Source: Candidatus Aenigmatarchaeota archaeon (GTDB lineage: Archaea; Aenigmatarchaeota; Aenigmatarchaeia; GW2011-AR5; JAGGXF01). Taken from it: DNA of 10,619 nt. This document shows positions 1 through 7,020 of this stretch, piece after piece. The stretch spans positions 42,857-53,475 of the forward strand of contig JAOZPR010000001.1 of NCBI GenBank assembly GCA_029932645.1, read 5' to 3'. Position numbers and translations under genes: made by a program. Under the pieces are notes generated by a model that made no database searches, was not told the origin of the DNA, and was given only the letters and a program-made list of their open reading frames with translations. Within the stretch, counting starts at the first letter, position 1. Each line of letters opens with the position of its first letter.

Positions 1-2
1 TG

Positions 3-227
3 CCGTTCTTTCCAAGAAAGCCGAACCTCATTGTGAAAAGAGCCATATCTGGTATGCTGCCAAAAAACAAAAAAGGCGAGAATGCCCTAAAAAAACTGAG
101 GGTCTATATAGGGCTGCCAGAAAAACTCAAAGATAAAAATATTGAACACTTTGATAATAAAAAGGATGTCACGACAACATTTATACGAATAGAAAACTTA
201 TCTAAAAAGTTGGGTTGGTCTGCATGA
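3..227 (+). CDS. rpl13: 50S ribosomal protein uL13, 5'-truncated by the window edge
   Basis: Frame open from position 3: PFFPRKPNLIVKRAISGMLPKNKKGENALKKLRVYIG matches the archaeal uL13 pattern (P..P..I.+R.I.GMLP....G..AL++L+VY.G). Sits directly upstream of rps9 with an ATGA stop/start overlap at 224-227. Confidence 0.95.
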   Translation, partial: PFFPRKPNLIVKRAISGMLPKNKKGENALKKLRVYIGLPEKLKDKNIEHFDNKKDVTTTFIRIENLSKKLGWSA

Positions 228-637
228 CAAAAAAGAAAATCATAAACACAACTGGAAAGAGAAAAAAAGCCATAGCCAGAGCCACCATCAGAAAAGGTTC
301 TGGTGTCATCAGAATCAACTCCAAACCGCTGGAAAAGACAACACCGAGACTTATTCGTATGCGAATCCAAGAACCGCTTTTGCTTGCTCCGCAGGCAGCA
401 AAAGGTGTTAATATAGATGTGACTGTTAAAGGCGGAGGTATCTGGGGTCAGGCAGATGCGTGCAGAACAGCTATAGCTAACGCATTGGTGAAGTTTGAAA
501 ACAGCAAAGAACTCAAACAGCTGTTCCGAGATTATGATAGGTCGCTGTTGATATCTGACTCGAGAAGAACTGAACCGCACAAGCCGTCCAGGAGTTCTGC
601 TGGCCCAAGAAGAAAGAAACAGCAGAGCAAAAGATAA
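224..637 (+). CDS. rps9: 30S ribosomal protein uS9
   Basis: TGKRKKAIARA, VKGGGIWGQADACRTAIANAL and YDRSLLISDSRRTEPHKP motifs. Start moved from 215 to the ATG at 224, which overlaps the rpl13 stop (ATGA). Confidence 0.97.
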   Translation: MTKKKIINTTGKRKKAIARATIRKGSGVIRINSKPLEKTTPRLIRMRIQEPLLLAPQAAKGVNIDVTVKGGGIWGQADACRTAIANALVKFENSKELKQLFRDYDRSLLISDSRRTEPHKPSRSSAGPRRKKQQSKR

Positions 638-676
638 TCTATTATTGAAATTAAAAAAATTCAGAATGATGGAAAG

Positions 677-681
677 GGTGA
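677..681 (+). promoter_or_regulatory. Shine-Dalgarno site (GGTGA) for rpoN
   Basis: GGTGA ends 4 nt before the ATG at 686 and matches the archaeal SD consensus GGAGGTGA. Confidence 0.65.
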
Positions 682-685
682 TGTT

Positions 686-880
686 ATGTTAATACCTGTT
701 AGATGTCTAACTTGCGGTAGACCAATCAGTAAATATTGGGAAGAGTTTAAAAAGCGCGTTGAGGATGGCGAAAACCCAGGAAAGGTCTTGGATGACTTGG
801 GAATAAAGAGTTATTGTTGCAGGGCCTTGTTTTTAACACACCAAGACACCTTAAAGGAGTCTGCCAAATTCCTGCCATGA
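686..880 (+). CDS. rpoN: DNA-directed RNA polymerase subunit N (Rpo10/RPB10 family)
   Basis: [11 protein letters not shown]...[12 protein letters not shown] zinc-binding signature (CxxC...CC); canonical position after rpl13-rps9. Confidence 0.98.
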   Translation: MLIPVRCLTCGRPISKYWEEFKKRVEDGENPGKVLDDLGIKSYCCRALFLTHQDTLKESAKFLP

Positions 881-945
881 GGACAGGGCAGTATATTTAA
901 TTTTTAGTTTAGTTCTTGCTCATTGTTGGTGCTGTCGGACAGGCA

Positions 946-1149
946 TCAAGCTATTATAACCTTATTCTTTCCCTTGAACTTCGTTCCGGTCTTCGTTGTT
1001 TTAGGATGATAGCCCTGCCGAAGCTTTCTAATGCTTTCCATAGCTCTTTGCTCTGCTCCTGATAGTTTTGCCCTAGTTTTCTTTTTCGAGCTTTTATTGG
1101 TTTTTTTTCTTTTCCCTGGCACAAAATCACCTATAACTCTTGGGCCCAA
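946..1149 (-). CDS. Small, very basic hypothetical protein (67 aa, TTG start)
   Basis: ORF fills most of the rpoN-thiL gap and is co-oriented with the thi genes; 15 Lys + 6 Arg versus 3 acidic residues; TATA-like TATATTA about 22-28 nt upstream. No family recognised. Confidence 0.55.
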   Translation of the reverse strand: MGPRVIGDFVPGKRKKTNKSSKKKTRAKLSGAEQRAMESIRKLRQGYHPKTTKTGTKFKGKNKVIIA

Positions 1150-1200
1150 TATAACATTTTATTGTGTCAATAATATACTATTTTTAAATCTTATTTATTT

Positions 1201-2190
1201 TTATTTATAATATTCCTTTATATTACTTTTAAAATGGTCATACCCACTGCCGAGTTTTAATTTCTTTCCCTTCTCCAGCAAGTGAATCCCTTTGCTCTTT
1301 GGTAAAATTTTTCCGACCACAGAAAAATTCTTGAATTGTTTTTTTAATTTTTTCAGGTTTTTTTCTGAGATTGTGAAAACGAGTTCAAAATCCTCGCCGC
1401 CGTACAACGCGAAATCTGTCGGGTCCTTGCGCAGAATTTTCCCGGCTTCTTTTGTGTGTCCTGAGATGGGTATCTTCTCCTTGAAAATCACTGCTCCTTT
1501 TTTACTCATATCACAGATGTGTCTAACCTCTGACGCCAGGCCGTCCGAGACGTCAATCATCGCATTTGCGAACCGTGAAATGATTTGCGACTCCTTAAGT
1601 CTGGCCTTCGGTTCCAGGTGTGGCTTCACATAGCCTTTCTTCTTTTTAATCAACAAGCTCAAACCGGCAGATGATTTGCCAATATCGCCTGTGACACATA
1701 CCAGGTCAGCTACTTTTGCTCCTGACCTTAAAGTTAGCCTCTCTTTCTTGACATCTCCAATCATAGAAACAGTTATGGAAATTTCCGAGCCATGAGTTAT
1801 GTTTCCTCCAATTATTTCAAAACCATATTTTTTTGCAACACGATAGATTCCTCTATATAAACCATCAATAAATTCTAGTGGTGTGTCCTCTCTCAAACAT
1901 AAGGAAATAAGTGCATACTTAGGCATGCCGCCCATTGACGCTATGTCAGAAACATTGCTTTCCATGGATTTCTTTCCAACCTGCAACGGACTAAACCAGT
2001 TGAGATTGAAGTGATCGTTTTCCACAATAGTGTCTGTTGTTAAAAGAATGTACCTGTCCCTAATCTTTATGACTGCGGTATCGTCGCCTATTTCAGTCAG
2101 TACATTTTTGTCCTTGATTTTTCTGGAAATTCTTTTTATTAATGCAACCTCACCCAGATCGCTAATCTTTTTAGGCTTTTTAGCTCTCAT
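1201..2190 (-). CDS. thiL: Thiamine-monophosphate kinase
   Basis: GEVALI, IGDDTAV, TTDTIVENDHF, NVSDIASMGG, IIGGNIT, MIDVSDGL, GGEDFELVFT and C-terminal GYDHF motifs; overlaps the thiC 3' end by 11 bp. Confidence 0.97.
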   Translation of the reverse strand: MRAKKPKKISDLGEVALIKRISRKIKDKNVLTEIGDDTAVIKIRDRYILLTTDTIVENDHFNLNWFSPLQVGKKSMESNVSDIASMGGMPKYALISLCLREDTPLEFIDGLYRGIYRVAKKYGFEIIGGNITHGSEISITVSMIGDVKKERLTLRSGAKVADLVCVTGDIGKSSAGLSLLIKKKKGYVKPHLEPKARLKESQIISRFANAMIDVSDGLASEVRHICDMSKKGAVIFKEKIPISGHTKEAGKILRKDPTDFALYGGEDFELVFTISEKNLKKLKKQFKNFSVVGKILPKSKGIHLLEKGKKLKLGSGYDHFKSNIKEYYK

Positions 2191-3463
2191 TTTGCTTTCT
2201 CAACTCCTTGCTGATTTTAACAGAGCAGAACTTATCGCACATTGAACATGTTTGGTCTTTCGGAGCGCACTGCTCTCTGAACATCTTTGCCCTTTTTGGA
2301 TTGATAGCTAATCTGAACATCTCTTTCCAGTTGAGGTCAGCCCTTGCGCTTGACATTTTATCATCCCAGTCCCTCGCTGATTTTAAGCCTCTTGCTATGT
2401 CTGCAGAGTGCGCAGCGATTCTAGCTGTTATAACACCTTCTCTTACATCTTCGATGTCTGGCAAACCTAAATGTTCCTTTGGGGTAATGTAGCAAAGAAA
2501 ATCAGCTCCGTAGTAAGCTGCTAATGTTCCGCCTATTGCAGAGGTTATGTGATCATATCCCGGAGCAATGTCGGTCACTATTGGACCAAGTACATAGAAA
2601 GGTCTTCCCTTACAGATTTCTTTCTGGAGCATGATATTTTTCTCTATCTGGTCCAAAGGAATGTGTCCTGGACCTTCTATTATAACCTGAACATCTTCTT
2701 CGTAAGCACGGTCAGCAAGTTCACCGAGAACGCGAAGCTCATGAAGTTGCGCATCATCTGTTGCATCTCTAAGGCAACCCGGTCTCAGACCATCTCCCAA
2801 ACTCATGGTAACATCATACTTTTTTGCCATTTTTAAAATCTTGCCAAAATTTGTGTACAAAGGATTTTCCTGATTGTTATGAATCATCCATTTTATCAGA
2901 AGAGCGCCCCCCCTCGAAACAACACCCATCATTCGTTTTTTCACAAGAGGTATGACCTCTTTTTTCACGCCGGCATGGACAGTTATGAAATCTGTGCCGT
3001 CGTTTATGTGCTTTTTAATTCCGTCCAGAAAGTCTTTTTCAGTCATGTCGAGCAGATTTCCCTTATCTTCAACAGCTTGGTATATAGGAACAGTCCCTAT
3101 TGGAATGCTGGAGTTTTTTATTATCTCTCTCCTTATCTTGTCAATGTCACCGCCGGTGCTTAGGTCCATCACAGTGTCTGCGCCGTTCTCTATCGACACC
3201 CTGAGCTTTTCCAGCTCATGATTGAGGCTGGCTTTTGTTGGAGAGCTTCCGATATTGGAGTTCACTTTTATCCGCAGGTCACGACCTATTCCAAGTGGTT
3301 TAAAGTTTGGCTTTAATTTTTTATGAAGCTCGCTTGCCAGAACTACTGTTCTTCCTTTGGCCATATTGTTAATCAGGCTATCGAGACCAACCTTTTCCTT
3401 ATTTGCGACGAATTGCATTTCTCTCGTCGGTTCGCCTTTTTTGGCTTTCTCTAGCTGGTTCAT
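2180..3463 (-). CDS. thiC: Phosphomethylpyrimidine (HMP-P) synthase, short archaeal/anaerobe type
   Basis: KVNSNIGSS, GADTVMDLSTGG, PIGTVPIYQA, VSRGG, SLGDGLRPG, EGPGHIP, DIAPGYDHITSAIG, LCYITPKEHL and the C-terminal Fe-S motif CSMCDKFC; embedded among thi genes. Confidence 0.96.
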   Translation of the reverse strand: MNQLEKAKKGEPTREMQFVANKEKVGLDSLINNMAKGRTVVLASELHKKLKPNFKPLGIGRDLRIKVNSNIGSSPTKASLNHELEKLRVSIENGADTVMDLSTGGDIDKIRREIIKNSSIPIGTVPIYQAVEDKGNLLDMTEKDFLDGIKKHINDGTDFITVHAGVKKEVIPLVKKRMMGVVSRGGALLIKWMIHNNQENPLYTNFGKILKMAKKYDVTMSLGDGLRPGCLRDATDDAQLHELRVLGELADRAYEEDVQVIIEGPGHIPLDQIEKNIMLQKEICKGRPFYVLGPIVTDIAPGYDHITSAIGGTLAAYYGADFLCYITPKEHLGLPDIEDVREGVITARIAAHSADIARGLKSARDWDDKMSSARADLNWKEMFRLAINPKRAKMFREQCAPKDQTCSMCDKFCSVKISKELRKQNES

Positions 3464-3478
3464 GCTCTACATCCCATA

Positions 3479-3500
3479 TTAATAATAAATTAATAATAAA
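3479..3500. repeat. Perfect tandem duplication TTAATAATAAA x2
   Basis: Copies at 3479-3489 and 3490-3500 in the thiE-thiC spacer. Confidence 0.85.
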
Positions 3501-3511
3501 ATTTGATATAA

Positions 3512-3531
3512 TCAGTGTTGTTCAGTGTTGT
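3512..3531. repeat. Perfect tandem duplication TCAGTGTTGT x2, duplicating the thiE 3' end and stop codon
   Basis: Copies at 3512-3521 and 3522-3531; minus strand reads ACAACACTGA-ACAACACTGA. Confidence 0.9.
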
Positions 3532-4166
3532 GATTCTTTATGTCTCTTGATTATTCCCCTTATTCTTCTGACTTCACTCTCCACATCATCTTTTTTAAAT
3601 ATAGCTGATATCATACAAACGCTGTCGGCTCCGGCATTTAAAACATCCTCAAGATTTTCCTGTGTTATCCCACCAATAACAGTAAACGTTGTTCTTAGCT
3701 CTTTTTTTGCTTGCTTTATTACATCCAGGCCTATAGGATTTCCGATGTCTTTTTTTGTTGTTGTTTCAAATATCGGGCTAAAACTTATGTAGTCTGCTCC
3801 GAGCTTTTCAAACTTTTTCGCGTCTTCTAGCGATCGCACAGAAACGCCGATAATTTTTTCATTGCCTAGAATTTTTCTGGCTGTCTCAAAATCTATGTCA
3901 TGCTCTCCTATATGCACTCCATCAGCACCCACAGCAAGAGCCACATCTACACGGTCATCTACGATGAAGACCACGTTATTTGCACTGCAAATCTTGCCTA
4001 TCTCCTTTGCTTCCTCTATCATTTTTCGCGTGCATTTCTCTTTTTCTCTATACTGGACTATTTTAACGCCTCCCCTGATTGCTGACTTTACATCCTCGAC
4101 TATACCTTTTCTAGAAAGATTTCTGTCTGTTATAAAGTATAAACCACGCAAGTCCAAAGCAGTCAT
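3522..4166 (-). CDS. thiE: Thiamine-phosphate synthase (ThiE type, not ThiN)
   Basis: LYFITD, VQYREK, DDRVDVALAVGADGVHIG, PIFETTTK, VIGGI and MISAI motifs; ATGA overlap with thiM at 4163-4166. Confidence 0.96.
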   Translation of the reverse strand: MTALDLRGLYFITDRNLSRKGIVEDVKSAIRGGVKIVQYREKEKCTRKMIEEAKEIGKICSANNVVFIVDDRVDVALAVGADGVHIGEHDIDFETARKILGNEKIIGVSVRSLEDAKKFEKLGADYISFSPIFETTTKKDIGNPIGLDVIKQAKKELRTTFTVIGGITQENLEDVLNAGADSVCMISAIFKKDDVESEVRRIRGIIKRHKESQH

Positions 4167-4963
4167 CTAACCACCTCAAGCCTCTTGAACTTTTCTATCT
4201 TATTTTCATCCAGATTGTAGAGTTCATCGTAAAACCTTTCTTTATAACTTCCTGGCCCTTTTACCCCGTCTGAAGCAAGTTCACCTGCTATACCAAAACA
4301 TACAAGAGCAAAAGCCGAGGCTTTACAATAATCCTTTTCCACAGATACGAACGCACCTATCACGCTTGCCACCATGCAGCCTGTTCCGACAATAGAGCCC
4401 ATCATTTCATGCCCGTTTAGAACTGAGTAAATCTTCTCACTGTCCGAGATTGTGTCCTTCTTCCCTGTTATCACAACCGTTGTGTTATACTGTTCTGCAA
4501 GTGATTGCGCTATTTCTGTCAAATCCCCTTCTACGCTGATTGATTCAACGCCTCTCACTTCTGCTTTTTTATCTGCCAGAACACCAATCTCTCCTGCGTT
4601 CCCTTTCAAAACATCTATATGTATCTTTCTCAGAATCTCCTTTACCTTCTCTGTTCTAAATTTTGTGGCCCCTGCTCCGACAACATCCAGAATAACTGGT
4701 ATGCTCAGTTCATTCGCCTTTTTTCCTGCAGAGAGCATAGATTTTATAAGAGTCGAAGTTGGTGTTCCTATATTCAAAACAAGAGCCTGAGAAATTTTTG
4801 TCATGTCCGAGGATTCCTCAATCGCGTGGGCCATTACAGGCAGAGCTCCAATACATCTTGTTATATTAGCACAGTCGTAAATGGAAACCCAGTTCGTTAT
4901 GTGGTGTATCAGGGGTTTTGAAATCTTTATTTTTTTCAAAATACTATATATTTCGCTCCTCAT
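4163..4963 (-). CDS. thiM: Hydroxyethylthiazole kinase
   Basis: PLIHHITNWV, CAN...IGALPVMAH, LVLNIGT, PVILDVVGAGATKFR, KGNAGEI and GTGC (catalytic Cys) motifs. Confidence 0.97.
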   Translation of the reverse strand: MRSEIYSILKKIKISKPLIHHITNWVSIYDCANITRCIGALPVMAHAIEESSDMTKISQALVLNIGTPTSTLIKSMLSAGKKANELSIPVILDVVGAGATKFRTEKVKEILRKIHIDVLKGNAGEIGVLADKKAEVRGVESISVEGDLTEIAQSLAEQYNTTVVITGKKDTISDSEKIYSVLNGHEMMGSIVGTGCMVASVIGAFVSVEKDYCKASAFALVCFGIAGELASDGVKGPGSYKERFYDELYNLDENKIEKFKRLEVVR

Positions 4964-5178
4964 AACAGCACATCAACCAACACATCAGCCTGACAAAGAT
5001 GTAGACAATACATCAGACAAGATAATATATCATAATATATCAAATAATTCAACGTATCAGATAATCATACTAAATTTTATATTTATAAACCATATCACAC
5101 AAACTTCGACATTTTTTTATTTTTGTTACGTCATATTCGATGCCTACATTTATATGTTTTTCTGGTGAGTTTAGTAAT
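4964..5178. promoter_or_regulatory. Divergent promoter region for the thi operon and rfcL
   Basis: 215-bp AT-rich spacer; palindromic TATA-like TTTATAAA at 5082-5089; SD GGTGA at 5164-5168 before rfcL; small hairpin GATGTA-N5-TACATC at 4998-5014. Confidence 0.65.
5022..5041. repeat. Perfect tandem duplication ATAATATATC x2
   Basis: Copies at 5022-5031 and 5032-5041, upstream of thiM. Confidence 0.85.
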
Positions 5179-6300
5179 ATGTTGACCGGCAAATATAAAC
5201 CAAGGACAACAAAAGAAATGCTTGGCAATCAGAAGCAGATTTCAGACACCAAAAACTGGATTAAAAAAAATAAAAAAGGTGGGGCTCTCATCATAACAGG
5301 ACCACCAGGCACTGGTAAGACGCTTTCTATCCAGCTTATAGCAGAGGAGCTTGGATATGACTTAATAAAACTTGATGCGTCTGACTTTAGAAAGTCTGAA
5401 AACATCAAAAACCTGTTATTGTCAAGCAAACAGAAAAGTCTGATGTCAAAAGGAAAAATCATATTCATAGATGAATTGGATAGCATGGATTCATCTGGAC
5501 TAAAAGCTGTGTCAGCGCTGGTAAAGGAATCTCCTGTTCCTATTGTAATGATAGCAGACGACGTTTATTCAAGGAGGCTCGTAAACATACGGCAAAAATG
5601 TGACATCATAAAATTTTACAAAATAAGATCTGACTCGCTGGCGAAATTTCTAAGAGAAATCGCTGCGGTAGAAAATATTGATATAAGCGAAGCTTCGCTC
5701 AAAAAAATAGCAACATCTGCCAACGGAGATGTGAGAGCAGCGCTCAACGACTTGGGCTCCAACACTTTTGGCGACGTTAGTTATAGGGATGTTGAAAATA
5801 AAATTTTTGAAACGATAAAAATTATACTCAAAACAAAGAATCCCGAGAATGTTAAAATAGCCCTAAAAAATTCGGATAGAAATCTAAATGAAATCATATG
5901 GTGGCTTGAAGAAAACATAAAGAATGAGTATGAAAAAAAGGAAGAGATAGCAAAAGCCTATGATGCGTTGTCATTGATAGACATCATTCAGGCTAGAATA
6001 ATAAAACGCCAGTCTTGGTCACTGCAAAGCTATATACCAGATATGATAACGACCGTAGCACTGTCGAAAGAAGACGGCTATAAAAAGTTTGTCAACTACA
6101 ATCCGCCTGCTTTTTTCTTAAGATATGGAAAAAGAAAATCAAAAAGACTGGACTCATTACTTGGAAAAATGAGCAAGGAGTTGCACGTTTCGAAAAGAAC
6201 GGCCATGAGCTACCTTTATCTCACTAGTCTGCTGATGAAAAAGAAGACGATAGAAATCGACGAAGAAAATCGCCGTGTTCTGGCCGGCTTAGCCAACTAG
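5179..6300 (+). CDS. rfcL: Replication factor C large subunit (AAA+ clamp loader), short and divergent
   Basis: KYKP N-terminus, Walker A GPPGTGKT, LDASDFR (NASDxR-like), Walker B IIFIDELD, NGDVRAALNDL, YRDVE and WLEENI motifs. Start moved from 5140 to the ATG at 5179 (SD GGTGA 10 nt upstream; family N-terminus begins there). Confidence 0.88.
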   Translation: MLTGKYKPRTTKEMLGNQKQISDTKNWIKKNKKGGALIITGPPGTGKTLSIQLIAEELGYDLIKLDASDFRKSENIKNLLLSSKQKSLMSKGKIIFIDELDSMDSSGLKAVSALVKESPVPIVMIADDVYSRRLVNIRQKCDIIKFYKIRSDSLAKFLREIAAVENIDISEASLKKIATSANGDVRAALNDLGSNTFGDVSYRDVENKIFETIKIILKTKNPENVKIALKNSDRNLNEIIWWLEENIKNEYEKKEEIAKAYDALSLIDIIQARIIKRQSWSLQSYIPDMITTVALSKEDGYKKFVNYNPPAFFLRYGKRKSKRLDSLLGKMSKELHVSKRTAMSYLYLTSLLMKKKTIEIDEENRRVLAGLAN

Positions 6301-6325
6301 AACAATCAAGGACACGTGATAGATA

Positions 6326-6721
6326 TCAAGGATATGTCCATGTATCTCGTATCGTCATCTGGTGTGACTTAAGAGAAACCAAATGAAAAACCACGCGCTT
6401 TGGTGGACATACTGGATTTACTGTATAATCCACCTCTAGGTATTTGCCCCTTTTGCCCATCTCTTCACGGGCAAACTCTATAAACTTGTCCAGATTTTTT
6501 GTGATGTTCGAACAATCAGAAACATCTACTGTTTTGTTCAAACCCGATGCGATGTTTTCAAAATAATAATCTTCATCTATTCTAGCAACAGAAGACGTAT
6601 CGACCAGATAATAACTTTTGAATAGCATAGAAATAACAAGAAAGGCGCTCGATATCACAATGGCTGATATTATGAACCACTGTCCTTTTTTTCCTGTGCT
6701 GTGTCTCGGGTTGTATATCAA
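6326..6721 (-). CDS. Hypothetical protein with class III (pilin/archaellin-like) signal peptide
   Basis: KKG|QWFIISAIVISSAFLVISMLF: basic residues, Gly-Gln cleavage site, then a hydrophobic helix; two Cys and two N-glycosylation sequons (NKT, NIT). Start uncertain: TTG at 6721 just after the DUF424 stop, or ATG at 6748. Confidence 0.75.
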   Translation of the reverse strand: MIYNPRHSTGKKGQWFIISAIVISSAFLVISMLFKSYYLVDTSSVARIDEDYYFENIASGLNKTVDVSDCSNITKNLDKFIEFAREEMGKRGKYLEVDYTVNPVCPPKRVVFHLVSLKSHQMTIRDTWTYP

Positions 6722-6722
6722 A

Positions 6723-7019
6723 TCATATAATCTTGATAATCTGAGCATGAAAACTATCACCAATTTTCAATATATTATCTCTATCAACAAGCCCCCTGTC
6801 CGCTAGCAAAGTCACCGCCTTTTTACCAACAATGTTTGCGATAGTGCAAGACTCTGTTAACTCTATGAGCTTTTCTGGCCCAATCAATTCTGAACCATAA
6901 AACGACTCTTCGACAACTATCTCTATGTCGTTGTCTTTCAGTGTTTTTCCGAGAAGCTCTTTGTCTGCTATAGCTAATAAAATGTCATTGCCATGTCGAA
7001 AAATCCTGTGAAAAAACAT
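6723..7019 (-). CDS. DUF424 family protein
   Basis: LLAIADKELLGKTL, SFYG, TIANIVGKKAV and HAQI motifs; adjacency to aIF-2beta is common in archaea. Start is ATG 7019 or ATG 7028. Confidence 0.88.
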   Translation of the reverse strand: MFFHRIFRHGNDILLAIADKELLGKTLKDNDIEIVVEESFYGSELIGPEKLIELTESCTIANIVGKKAVTLLADRGLVDRDNILKIGDSFHAQIIKII

Positions 7020-7020
7020 G

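Noticed and set aside
104..580. 158-aa minus-strand ORF
   Set aside because: Antisense shadow of rpl13/rps9 with no recognisable motifs.
881..945. tRNA-Pro expected after rpoN
   Set aside because: No cloverleaf or TTCRA T-loop; the core is T-rich and the gap is only 65 bp.
2180..3463. ThiC as a BzaF/BzaAB benzimidazole synthase paralogue, or defective because the Fe-S motif is CX2CX3C rather than CX2CX4C
   Set aside because: The context is purely thiamine genes, and CX2CX3C spacing is common in the short archaeal/anaerobe ThiC clade.
1292..4921. Many plus-strand ORFs of 60-130 aa across the thi cluster
   Set aside because: All are antisense to well-supported thi genes and have non-protein-like composition.
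4985..5020. Possible TPP riboswitch (minus strand CUGAU-stem-loop...AGG)
   Set aside because: Superficially like P4/P5, but lacks the UGAGA pyrimidine sensor, the UAAU loop, the GCG bulge and a P1-P3 scaffold.
4881..5168. 95-aa plus-strand ORF spanning the thiM-rfcL spacer
   Set aside because: Overlaps thiM antisense and the divergent promoter; low-complexity Ile/Asn/Phe content typical of AT-rich noncoding DNA.
5140..5178. N-terminal extension of rfcL from ATG 5140
   Set aside because: The SD motif and the family N-terminus both point to ATG 5179.
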